Shown: in pieces, positions 9,901 to 20,720 of the stretch
How the letters are laid out: the number at the start of each line of letters is the position of its first letter
Numbering within the stretch: the stretch's first letter is position 1
NCBI RefSeq assembly: GCF_902459465.1
Contig: NC_047066.1
Coordinates: 1,736,001 to 1,800,000, forward strand
Source: Asterias rubens
Taxonomy: Eukaryota
Direction of reading: 5' to 3'
DNA: 64,000 nt
The notes under the pieces: model-generated
Told to the model about the DNA's origin: nothing
Databases searched by the model: none
Seen by the model: only the letters and a program-made list of their open reading frames with translations
Program-made: the position numbers and the translations under genes

Positions 9901-12900
9901 AAGATGCAAATGATAGCAGCTCTGCCGGGGCAAAATGTCATCCCGGATGTAGGTATTTTTGTGTGCATAAATTGGATTAAAACTGGAAAGCATTATCTTT
10001 GAAAAGGTTGATCTAAACCAAATGAATAAAGAAAATAGAATGTGCTGTGTGCCACTTGGCAAAGTGGTGACTGCTTTGTAACTTTCTAAACATTGTTTAA
10101 AATGTCGTCTCTTTATCAAAATGTCTCTCTCAGGTGATCTATGGAGTTACAGCACGCTACACGATGACTACGTTGTGTCGCCATCGCCAGATATTAGTCA
10201 TCACATTCTTAACCCTAAGGTTCACAAGTGCCTGGTTCTAGGAAGCGATGGCCTCTGGAACATGCTCAGCTCTAGCGAATCAATCTACATCATCTCCTTG
10301 TATAACTTCGAAAAGAGCAGGGTAAGTACAGTTACTTGTAAGTAGGATTTAAAACTTTGCATGGTGGGGATGCAGTCTTGGTCATGTTCCCTGTATCCAA
10401 CAACAGTAACGGATTCTGAGAATCATTCTGATATTCATTGTATAAAAAGGAACCAGACTAATTCTCCTTGCAGCCTCAGTTTGATTACATTGATTTGAAT
10501 GGGAGACAATCAAGATGGCAGCACCATGATAAAGGTCATAGAGTTATATATAAAAACTAGAGGGCTCACTGGCCTATAAACGCGACCCGGCATGCGCGCA
10601 GGCGGCCATTTTCTAAGTTGACAAAACAGGCATTGCTTAGCGGTGTTTGCGCTGCCATTTTGTGAGTTGAAAAAAAAACAGTATCGCGTAGCGCTCAATA
10701 AACACAAACTCCAACGTGTGTTTCATATTCAATGCAGAATGGTGCACGTGTGTCTCCGTGCGATCTCGTCGCGTTTGTGCAAGAAGTATCACCAGTGCGC
10801 CCTCTAGTTTTTATATACAACTATTATAAAGGTCTATACTACCCAGGGCTCTGCCTGTGCACAACCTAGCTTATACGTGCAAACTGTGTGTCGATCCGCA
10901 AAAAAATAACAAATGTATATTAATTCTTTTCAAAAGTAATCAAAATATAACCAAATAGAATGCTCCAAATTGAACAGAGCGTTAAAACCAACATTCTAAA
11001 GACCTTGTTTCACTTCAGAATTCTACAACAAATTTTGATGCAGAATGCATTGGACACTACTGGTATTTACTCAAAATAATTATTAGCATAAAACCTTACT
11101 TGGTATTTTTGGTAATAGGTAATGGTTGATGGTATAAAACATTGTAAGAAATGGCTCCCAATGAAGTGCCATAGTTTTTGAGAAAGAAGTAATTTTCCAC
11201 AAATTTGATTTTGGGACCTCAGATTTAGAACTTGAGGTCTCAAAATCAACCATCTAAAAGCACACAACTTCATGTGAGCTCAAATTTTCACAGGTTTGTT
11301 ATTTTATGCATATGTTGAGATACACCAACTGTGAAGGCTAGTCTTTGACAATTACCAAAAGTGTCCACTGCCTTTAAAAAGGATCAGTGGTGTAAAAACT
11401 TCAGTTCAAAACCACAACAACTCAAGTCCATGTTGTCACCTCAAACTCATACAGAAGTACCTAATTATTTTGCCTTCTTCTTTTGACCATAGATATCGTA
11501 CTTTTAGTCTGCCTCCTTCACTAATTAATTACTTTTCTCTCCCTCTTCCCATCATTGAATTTCTCTTTTGCGTTCCCAACCTTGTGGTCAAACCAGCACC
11601 ATACCAGACCCAGCCCCTATTTTTATTTTGTCTTGCCCATTGCATCACCACATTTTAAAAATTTGTTGATGCTCCTTTTCTGGTTTGTCTTGTTTGGGTT
11701 TTGTCTTCTTCTTTTTTTCTCTACAATGAGAGGGCGAAGTGGGATAGCGTCTAGATAGGTTTTATGCTTTTTCGGCATTCCTAAGGCCTGCATCTCTGTT
11801 GCATCTCTGTTTAAGTGGTGCGTCTGTGTCTTGTAAATATTTTTTTTTTTTCCCCCGCTTATGTTTTTTCCAAATTGTTTTCTTTAAAAAAGGTTATTTC
11901 GTTTTCTTAACTGTATTGCCTAATTTATAATCTAATGAATATTTTTAAAAAAATACAACAAGGTTGATCCTGTTTTTCAATATTGACATTGCAATAAATC
12001 TTAATACATTTTTTCCTCGTGTCTTGTAGGGTGAGAAGATGCGAGAAACAATCTCTCAACGTCTGGTGAAGAATTCGATTAATAGATGGGTAAATCGCTC
12101 TCTGCGAGCAGACAACACTACAGCCATAACACTCGTCTTTGACTTCCCTAGAGAAAAACCTAAACCAACAGACACTGAAAAGAGTGGAAGTCCTTCAACA
12201 ACTAAGGAGAGCAGTCCAACGAAAGCAAAGAAGGAGAGCAGTCCAACGAAAGCAAAGGAGGAGAGCAGTCCAACGAAAGCCAACAAGGAGAGCAGTCCAA
12301 CGAAAGCCAACAAGGAGAGCAGTCCAACGAAAGCCAACAAGGAGAGCAGTCCAACGAAAGCCAACAAGGAGAGCAGTCCAACGAAAGCCAACAAGGAGAG
12401 CAGTCCAACGAAAGCCAACAAGGTGAGCAGTCCATCGAAAGCCAACAAGGTGAGCAGTCCAACAACGGCCACAGAGGAGGACTGTAAAGAGGAGGACTCT
12501 GACGAGGAAGACTCTGACGAAGAGGACTCTGACGAGGAAGTTGACGAGGAAGCTAAAGCGTGTCAAACACCCCGCACAGATATGAGTACTCCTGAAATCT
12601 CAAAGGAGGCAGAGCCAGTCGAGGATGAGGGCACAATACTACGTTTGAAAGGCGAGACAGACTTTCTCGGCCTTCAAGGTTTCGGGACCTTCCGCCCGAA
12701 GCTGAAGCGTACAAATGCCTACAGAGACTTCACCTTCCGCTTCTGGTACCCAGAGCTTACGGAAGAGGATGTAACAACCAAAGCGTTCTGGGCGAGAAAT
12801 AGAAAGCGAAGAGTTGAGGAACCCATTTGGGAGGATGACGGGGAGTGGGAGGAATGGAGAGCAGACCAAAGAGAGCATAGAATAGAAGTCTGTGGGGAGT

Positions 12901-13415
12901 CGTACATCAATTTCCCATACAGCCAAGTAAAAGAAGGTAATAGGTTCAAACCTCACAAGTACACGTCACATCCATCTCCTTGGGTTACCCCTCCAGAGGT
13001 TGAGAAAAATTGCAGCTGTTTTGAGTGCAGGAATGATTATCCTGATTTTTGTACAGGATGGACACAGAAGAGAAGGAAAACATCAGCCATTTGGCATGAG
13101 CCTGACGAGACTCCAACCTCAAATGGCCAAAGCTCTTCTTCTTCTTCGTTTACTAATTCTAACGGGTATGAGAAGCGTAAGGTTGCGAAGAAGCCTGTAA
13201 CTCCCGTAAAGCAAAAGATCTACAATACGCGTAACTCTTTGATAGAACCGGAGGTACCCCTAGCGCAAAGAGCTCTAAGAAGCCTGAATAAGAAAGCGTC
13301 GGAGTCGCCAAAAGGCAAGAAATCTCTCTCGCCCACCAAGAGAACGCTCATCACGCCAGTCAGAAAAAGTAGAAATGGTAGATTGAGATCGGCAAGGCTT
13401 CTTAAAACGTGCTAG
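3588..13415 (+). CDS. PPM1D: Protein phosphatase 1D (Wip1, PP2C/PPM family): join(3588..3924,9233..9583,10134..10321,12030..13415), 753 aa
   Basis: PP2C motifs [50 protein letters not shown] and RADNTT are all present. The Wip1-specific basic flap [27 protein letters not shown] is also present. Exon lengths of 337+351+188+1386 = 2262 nt keep frame and all introns are GT-AG. Confidence 0.95.
4670..5480. repeat. Degenerate tandem repeat, about 205-210 bp unit, about 4 copies, in PPM1D intron 1
   Basis: ttttcaaaagtgcatatctcaaaaag...ccttcatttttggacaagg..tagaaaag...aaaatatgcaaatt recurs near 4675, 4887, 5092 and 5299. Confidence 0.8.
6911..7046. mobile_element. MITE with CGG...CCG TIRs and a 6-bp TSD (AAAATA)
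   Basis: CGGATAACTTTCCGTATGGCGCCACCACTTTTT ... AAAAAGTGGTGGCGCCATACGGAAACTTTTCCG, flanked by aaaata on both sides. Confidence 0.85.
7244..7362. mobile_element. Second copy of the same MITE, opposite orientation, 6-bp TSD (AGCTTG)
   Basis: agcttg|CGGAAAGTTTCCGTATGGCGCCACCAC ... GTGGTGGCGCCATACGGAAAGTTATCCG|agcttg. Confidence 0.85.
8489..8660 (+). mobile_element. tRNA-derived SINE
   Basis: Pol III A box TGGTCTAGTTGG (8499-8510) and B box GGTTCGAATCC (8543-8553); mispaired anticodon stem; non-tRNA body follows. Confidence 0.65.
9233..9583 (+). CDS. PPM1D: PPM1D exon 2
   Basis: gaatag|GT AAC TGG ... TTA G|GTAAGG; encodes [16 protein letters not shown]...LAVARSL. Confidence 0.93.
10134..10321 (+). 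CDS. PPM1D: PPM1D exon 3
   Basis: ctcag|GT GAT CTA TGG ... AGC AGG|GTAAGT; encodes DLWSY...GSDGLWN. Confidence 0.93.
10547..10817. mobile_element. MITE with about 26-bp TIRs, TA-flanked
   Basis: TATATAAAAACTAGAGGGCTCACTGG ... CCAGTGCGCCCTCTAGTTTTTATATA. Confidence 0.75.
11045..11373 (-). mobile_element. Kolobok-type MITE, subfamily A (reverse orientation)
   Basis: Reverse complement of the 16348-16703 element; ends gtgtccactgcct|TTAA. Confidence 0.8.
12030..13415 (+). CDS. PPM1D: PPM1D exon 4 (end of the catalytic domain plus a long low-complexity tail)
   Basis: cttgtag|GGT GAG AAG ATG; contains [12 protein letters not shown]; open to TAG at 13413-13415. Confidence 0.9.
   Translation, partial: GEKMRETISQRLVKNSINRWVNRSLRADNTTAITLVFDFPREKPKPTDTEKSGSPSTTKESSPTKAKKESSPTKAKEESSPTKANKESSPTKANKESSPTKANKESSPTKANKESSPTKANKESSPTKANKVSSPSKANKVSSPTTATEEDCKEEDSDEEDSDEEDSDEEVDEEAKACQTPRTDMSTPEISKEAEPVEDEGTILRLKGETDFLGLQGFGTFRPKLKRTNAYRDFTFRFWYPELTEEDVTTKAFWARNRKRRVEEPIWEDDGEWEEWRADQREHRIEVCGESYINFPYSQVKEGNRFKPHKYTSHPSPWVTPPEVEKNCSCFECRNDYPDFCTGWTQKRRKTSAIWHEPDETPTSNGQSSSSSSFTNSNGYEKRKVAKKPVTPVKQKIYNTRNSLIEPEVPLAQRALRSLNKKASESPKGKKSLSPTKRTLITPVRKSRNGRLRSARLLKTC
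12204..12473 (+). repeat. Coding 27-bp tandem repeat x10 (KESSPTKAN) in PPM1D exon 4
   Basis: aaggagagcagtccaacgaaagccaac units, in frame. Confidence 0.95.
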
Positions 13416-13966
13416 AATTGGCACATGTTAAGGAGTTAATACGGAGATTAAATCAGTACATAGGGATTGTTTTTACTGCCAACATTTTCCCCTTTTTTAA
13501 CTAAAATTTTAACAAATTCTGTACTTTTTTTCTTCTTTTTTTTGCTCTGCTCGGGGTTGATTTTTTTTATACAGTCCATTATCTACAGACTATACAACTT
13601 TGGACCACTCCATCAATCAGAAATTATTCTAGTTGTTTATTGGGAGGTTTTCAACAAGTGTTAAATTTGAGTGACGATTTAGAAATGCCGCACAACTTAT
13701 TTTATTGACTGAAACATTGACCAAAAACAAGCAATATTTACATGTATAAATAATAGTAATAAATCTTTTGATAGGGGTGGATATTCATTCAGTTTTAGTT
13801 TTCTAGTTAATGTACGTCTTCGATCAGGAAAAAAATCACTTGGGTTTTCACAGTTGGTTTTACCATGGAGAAGGGGGTCCTTTCTATGGTGTAACCCACA
13901 ATCCTTTGGATGATTCATACACCAATGCTATTGGTTGATTTTGAGGCCAAGCAAACCATGATCATG

Positions 13967-14065
13967 GGTGCCTTTTGGCGGTCGTAACCAATAACTGTTT
14001 CGGTTGAATTGGCCATTTGTCAATCATTGACCAAACGGTTGTTGGTTACGACCGCCAACACCCCT
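13967..14065. mobile_element. About 100-110 bp hairpin MITE; related copy at about 15472-15582
   Basis: ggtg..tttggcggtcgtaaccaa ... ttggttacgaccgccaa.acccc. Confidence 0.6.
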
Positions 14066-14859
14066 AGTGTAAAACACGCTGGCTGATGGAACAAGTAAGG
14101 CCTACAGCTGTAGCTAGATGCGCGCGTCTGCCTATACTTCAACACTGACAGACGCGCTAATCTAGCCGTAGCTTTAGCCAAAAGTTGCCGTTTCGAAGTT
14201 TACCTTATGAACCTCAAGGGTCCAAACTCTGTCATGTCACACCAAGAGGATGTTCCCCTGATTTCAATATTATTCTAATGGCCTCCAAAGCCTAGATTTC
14301 TCCACAAAGTTTGCTAATGCTTCCTGTAGCTGTTAATAGGCATGATATTCTTCCTTATTCTGATTTCTGAATTTTTCTAACCTTGGAAAATCAGAAAAAT
14401 TGTTATAAAATAGCCTGAAAAGTCTTCTAAAGCCTGGTACAGGTAGGTTAACACTTGTAATCAATACAACTTTACTACTCTTTTGCAAGGGTCAGATATC
14501 ATGGCTGTGAAAAAAAACACAGCCTCTCCTTTGTTACAATTAATAGTATGTCTTTAAACCTTTAATCTTCCACTGCACAATGTGTATCAAATGGCCTGTC
14601 AATTTCATTTTTACTTTTTAAAAATACACATTGTCACTTTTAACAGAGTTCATAGCTTTTATAACTTCCTGAGGGATTGGTTCATGACATTTTCTTCTTA
14701 AAAAATTGATCTGGACACTGCTCTTCTAAGGGCTAAACAATTGTTCTTACCAGAAGAAGGTTACCAGCCATAACAACATTTTATGTACCGTTTGCAACTG
14801 ATATTTTTGAAAATTTTCACTCAAAGCACTACTTTCTGTTTAATAATAGCAAAAACCAT

Positions 14860-15180
14860 TTCTATATAGCGCATATCACCGTGAGGTCCCTATGCGCTAT
14901 AAAAGGAAATAAACAATTATTGTACAAAGTAAACAGATATGTTTTTATCCGGGTTTTGAATTGTTCTGATGTCTCAGCCTGTTTGACAACCTCTGAAGAC
15001 TGTTCCAACTAAACTGCTGCATATTGGAAAGAGCGGGAACCGTACGACTTGGTTTTGATAACTGGGGGAGTCGGAAGGGATTTATTTGAAGATCGCAGAT
15101 TTCTGGTTGTTTTGTACTCCTGAACTAAGCTTTGAAGATAAACAAGCGCTATGAAATTTGAAATCGAGGTCTGCACAGTA
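14860..15180 (-). mobile_element. L2/CR1-clade LINE 3' fragment
   Basis: RNLRSSNK..TKSYGSRSFQYAA..WNSL...FKTRIKTYLF, followed by a GCGCTATATAGAAAT tail. Confidence 0.75.
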
Positions 15181-16347
15181 AATACTTGTTTTAGTGGACA
15201 TTCGATCGTATGCAATTTAGTCAGAGGGGCTTGTGCCCAAAGACCTTATCGCAAGTACTTGGTACGTGCGCATTAGGCTTGAAACGAGGTGCATGCTGGT
15301 CTAATAGCAATTATGTTTGATCGCTAGCTAGACCAGCATGCACCTCATTCAACAATTGCGCTATTTGCGAAAGGGTTCCAGTGATTTGTAAGAGGGCCAG
15401 CCTTATTTTGATTACACTTATAAATGGTGAGGGCTACCACAATAAAGTTGTGTATCGACATACTAAGCATGGGGTGCGTTTTTGGCAGTCGTTACCAATT
15501 ACTGTTTCAGTTAAACTTGCCATTGGTTAAACACTGGCCATCAATCGAAACAGTTTTGGTTACAGTCGCGAAAAAGCACCCCTTGTCTGTCGATAACAAT
15601 TATCAGAAGTTCTATGGAGATGAATTTGACTTTTGGTCTTTTACTCAAAATGTAATTTGTAACTTTTTTTGAATTAGCTGAGCCGTTATTTCATATGAAT
15701 TTTTTTACCCTTTTGGCATGTTTCCTTATTCATATTTTTTTAAAAGCTTTTGTAACCCCTAATTCTGTTTCAAACATTCTTTTGGTATTCTTTAGGTTTT
15801 TAGAATCTTTTACTTTTTCCAATGAATTCCTCACTTTGAGTTTCCTATATTGTTACTCTTGAGTTATTATTATGTACTTCCAACAAGATTAAAATCTCGC
15901 CAATGCACTGTAAATGTTAATCCTGTATGTTTTTCATTTTAACCGAAAAGAAAATAAATGCTGGTACTTATTTCAATAAGTCTTTTTTAAAAACCACCAC
16001 TATAAAGTTTAATTAGTCAAGTTAATTTGTATAATTTGGAGGGAATTACATCTTTGCAGATACATCATGCAGCTACCCTGGCGGCCATTTTGTGTATCAA
16101 TTAATGTGAATTTCATAGCTCTGCTCAATTATAGCAGAAAAATGTGCAAAGTGTAGTTAACAGGTTGGCAAGGCAACTTGGCTGCCAGCTTGCATGTTAA
16201 CCATGGATTTGCTTTGTTGCATCATTATTCATTTTCATACAGTAAACACCTAAAGGTTAGCATGCCTTTTCGTGTGGTTACTGGAAAATCAGTAAACACG
16301 AAATGAGCCCTTAGCAGAAATTGTCTCTGTTGTATTGTTTGCATTAA

Positions 16348-16703
16348 AGACACTGGACACTATTGGTAATTGTCAAAGACCAGTCTTCTCACTTGGTGTA
16401 TCTAAACGTATGCATAAACATTTGAGCTCAATTGGTCGTCGAAGTTTCAAGATATGAATGAAATAAAAAAACACCCTTGTCACACGAAGTTGTGTGCTTT
16501 CAGACGCCGAGACCTCAAATTCTGAACGTGAAGTCTCGAAATCAAATTCGTGGAAAATTACTTCTCTCTCAAAAACTACGTCACTTCAGAGGGGGCCGTT
16601 TCTCACAATGCTTTGTACTATCAACCTCTCCCCATTACTTGTTACCAAGTAAGGTTTTATGCTGATAATTATTTTGAGTAATTACCAATAGTGTCCACTG
16701 CCT
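16348..16703 (+). mobile_element. Kolobok-type MITE, subfamily A
   Basis: TTAA|AGACACTGGACACTATTGGTAATTG ... AATTACCAATAGTGTCCACTGCCT|TTAA. Confidence 0.85.
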
Positions 16704-18237
16704 TTAAATGTATGTACTCATATAATTTGGTCACTCTTTTTGAGTGAATCCCATATACATGTATACTCGTCTCAGGGCCTCAAGTACTGAAAACCAACCT
16801 ATCCAAAGGAACTTCAACTGTTTCCCCACCAGACTAAACTGACAACCTCAACTTATAACTGTTTGAACAAGTCAGTAATTTTAAGAACAATAATGATGTT
16901 TATTGTAGAAAATATTCTTTTAGAAACTGTCGCCATCTTTGGCAAGAGATTGTTCACTTACTCCACCATTTGTAATTTTGCTATGTTGTATAAAATATGA
17001 TGACAATTTTTATAAATTAATCCTAGGGAGGTCTTAAAACAGTCTGCCATCTCGCTTTGCTGAGTGTACATAAGTTAGTAGGCTTTTGTATTAGACTTTT
17101 ATAGCAAAATAATGTAAGTTTTATGTATACTGGTGGATGGTTTTAAGCCTAGTTTGTTATTAACTGGCCAGTAAGTAAAAGGTTCAACTGCCTGCAATGT
17201 TTTTGAAAACATTTTTAGTAGCCATTTTTTTATTTGAATGCAGCATTGGTATTTCACTACAAGTCAAGACTAATAATGAAAAGTGTATTATCGGTAACGC
17301 CATGAATGTACAAAATAGTTACCAAGTGACAAATTTTTTGGTGCAAATAGAAACCAGTCTGTGTAAAAAATTGAAAATCCAACTTCAAAGAAATTTTGAG
17401 GAAACTCAATACGTCAGTTTATCAAATTGAAGGTGTTGTCCTTGTGTTTTTGAGGGGAAGATGTCATCGAATAAGACTATACCGTTCCTTAAAAGTGAAG
17501 TTTACTATATTTTCTAACCTTCCCTTTCTAAACAGTAATTTCAGATTCTGAAGACACATACATTTAAATCTTCCTTCATGGGGAATAATGTCTTCTCAAA
17601 TAAACATTTACAATTGACACTGCCTTCAGGTGAAGTTGAAAACTGATTATTTTTTACATGTGCAGTACATAATCCTTCTATCCGCTACATTTGAACATTA
17701 TCTCAAATGTATTTACAAGTCATTTTATGATGTAAGCAATTGATTTTTATTTAAAAAATTACTTAGTTTTAGGATGTTTTATGAATGAAAAATATGTGAA
17801 GGATTTTGTAATAAAATGTGTACATTAATGAATGTATTCCTAGCATAAACTTTTGCCTGACCTTGTATTCTTTTTTATAAACTTTATCATTATCATTGAC
17901 TTTGTTTAAAGACAATTTTGGTGGAGACAACTCAGGGATATTATTTGCAGAATTAAACTTCATGAAAATTGCTTTTAGGATTTGGTTGGTGGTGTGCCCC
18001 CCCCCCCCCTCCCCCATTATTCTAGACCTGTAATGCTTCAATTTTGGGCCCAATTTCATAGCGCAGCTTAGCGGCCGATTTTGTGCTTTCTGCACGTTTT
18101 CCATTTTATAGCACTGCTAACTGTAAGCTCACGAACGCGCAACATGGTCGCCCAATTTTTCTACTAACCTGTGATATACGCTTGCAACTTAGCATTTTTT
18201 TCAGCTACAGTAAACATGAAAATTTGCTTACCGTTAA

Positions 18238-18590
18238 AGACACTGGACACTATTGGTAATTGTCAAAGACACTTGGTGTATCTCAACATATGCATAAAAT
18301 AACAAAACTGAAAATTTGAGCTCAAATGGTCGTCGAAGTTGCACGGTAATAATGAAAACGAAGTTGTGTGCTTTGCCTATCAGATGCTTGATTTTGAGAC
18401 TTCAAAATCTAATTCTGAGGTCTCAAAATCAAATTCGTGGAAAATTACTTCTTTCTCGAAAACTATGTTACTTCAGAGGGAGCTATTTTTCAAAATGTTT
18501 TATACTATCAACAGCTCCCCATTACTTGTTACCAAGTAAGGTTTTATGCTAATAACTATTTTGAGTAATTACCAAAAGTGTCCACTGCAT
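18238..18590 (+). mobile_element. Kolobok-type MITE, subfamily A
   Basis: Same TIRs and body as 16348-16703; TTAA on both flanks. Confidence 0.85.
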
Positions 18591-18720
18591 TTAAAGACAA
18601 AAATTATTTCCATTGGTTAGACTGCAGGACTAGCAATCCCAATGTTCGGATCTCCTAAGCTAGCCGCTGATTTCGCAATGACTAGAATAAGTATTGACAT
18701 CTATTTCTTGTTTGTGCAAT

Positions 18721-18861
18721 GGGAGACTTTCTGGGACGATAGAGGGCAGCAGACTTACCGGGTAAATCCATTGTTCTCAGAATTATGCGCATGTTCAGAA
18801 CTACGTAAACAATGGAAATTTACCCGGTATGTCTGCTGCCGCCTAGCGTTGGAAAGTCTCC
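18721..18861. mobile_element. Palindromic MITE-like element
   Basis: ggagactttc...gcagcagacttaccgggtaaatccattgtt ... aacaatggaaatttacccggtatgtctgctgc...gaaagtctcc. Confidence 0.6.
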
Positions 18862-20623
18862 TATTAGGAATCATAGACATTAAACCAGTGTTTGTATGAA
18901 AGAGATGACTGTTGCCACCTTGACTTGTGGACACGTCGTTAATGGTCCCACGCGGTGAGATAGTCGAGTTGTGGCAGTGCTTTCGTGAGATCACTCCTCT
19001 CGCGCAAAGTGCTGGTTGCCCGACTTCTACTCCCCAGTCTTGAGAACAGTAGTCTTGCCGGGCCGGCAGTCTCGCAAGAATAACACAGGAATCACGGGAG
19101 AGTTGGAACGCTATCACTGCGACAGACATTTATTGACTTGTCCACAAGTCTATTGCCAGCTTGGCATTTATATTCTCTTGAATGCATTTGCCTAGTTTCC
19201 TTGGTGGGAAGATCATCTAAACAAAAAACTCTCTAAATTTGTTTGGATAACTTTGATGAAATTGGGAAAATAAATGCTTGCAATACCAGTCCATTTCAAG
19301 GGTTTGTTTTGTTAGTGAAGAAGCATCATTTGAAAGGAATTACTTCATTATAATAAAGTCACAACAAATAAAGAACACAATTCACTTTTTTTCTCTGAAA
19401 ATACATGTACAAGTTGTGTACACTTTTTTATTGATTAGGCAAATACCATTCACATAGTAATTTTTACAGAATTCGCCCTAATCTTTAGCATAAAATACTT
19501 CCAAGCGTGTATCAAAAAAGTGCATAGATCTTTCTAGTTGAATCCACTTTTACTGAAGTGGTCATGAAAACAAGATTATTAGAAGATGGATGCTTTATAG
19601 TATTAAACTTACAAGTTTAAATTGAAAATAGGCTTTAACTTTAAGATTATAAAACTTTGTATGAATCAAGGAGACTTGGCTGCAACGACAACGTTAAAAA
19701 TAAAGAATTATCAACCAAATTACCAGCCAATCAACCATAGCCACTGTAAAAAAACATCAACTTGGACATGGCTAAGCTCTAATAAACTTAATACAGGATA
19801 CAAGAAAACTGATGGAAATTTTCACAAATCAGGGCGTGAATTTGGGGACAAAAATCCATAAGAGCGTAGGGCTTGTAGCTCGAACGTTTTACTGGACCAG
19901 AATTTGTGTTTTACGAGACCAGAATCAAAATGAATTGAACAAGCACCCAGGGAAGATCTATTTCATTTGTGTTTATGTGTATGTGTACTGCAAAACTCTT
20001 GAAAGAGAATTGGAAAGATAGTATCGCAGTCACAGTCGACATTTGTCCACTAAGATGGTATTTTATTCAATAAAAAAACACAAGACCATTGGGCTTGTCC
20101 CATTGTGAGTTTACTGCCCAATGCTAAAATCAAAGGCCTTGGACCTGGGTACATCAGTGTTAATTTTGAGCCATGCCATTGTTTGTAAGAGGCATCTGAT
20201 GTGCTGTGTCCTCTCCAAAAACACAAGTTATTCATCAATTTCAAGGCTGGCTTTTACAGAAAGCTCAAGTTATCTGTATGCACAATCTCCAAAAAGCAAC
20301 CATCATGATGTTTTACTGCATTCAAAGTAAGGGTTAAATCCAGAATTGGTACAGTCTATTTGGCAAGTTTCAACAACAGACCTTATGCATTGTCGTCATC
20401 CAGCTGCCATCTCAGAGGTGAACCGATGACGAAACAATCAAAACGCACTTGTACGCACAGTGCACAGGATAGACAAAAGAGCAACTACCTTTTGACCTCT
20501 AAGCGAGGGCAGCAGGGTGCTCTACTCAAGCGATGTCATGCGCGTAAGGGTCTAAAGCAGTGTAGCAAAATGTAACCACGGGTCTGGCGTTTAAAGGATT
20601 GTTTGATGACATCATATATCCCA

Positions 20624-20720
20624 TCATGCCTCATCTGTGACCATGTCTCTAGCGATTTGAAATGCAGAAAGTAGAGATCCTAGTTGGATTTTCTCACTGG
20701 TGCCCGCAGCCAGACGATGC
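20624..20720 (-). CDS. RFC5: RFC5 exon 10 (last coding exon)
   Basis: [34 protein letters not shown]. Confidence 0.93.

Noticed and set aside
12056-12566. Overlapping ORFs (12056-12472, 12139-12426, 12195-12566, 12202-12465)
   Set aside because: These are alternative-frame shadows of the stop-free 27-bp coding repeat in PPM1D.
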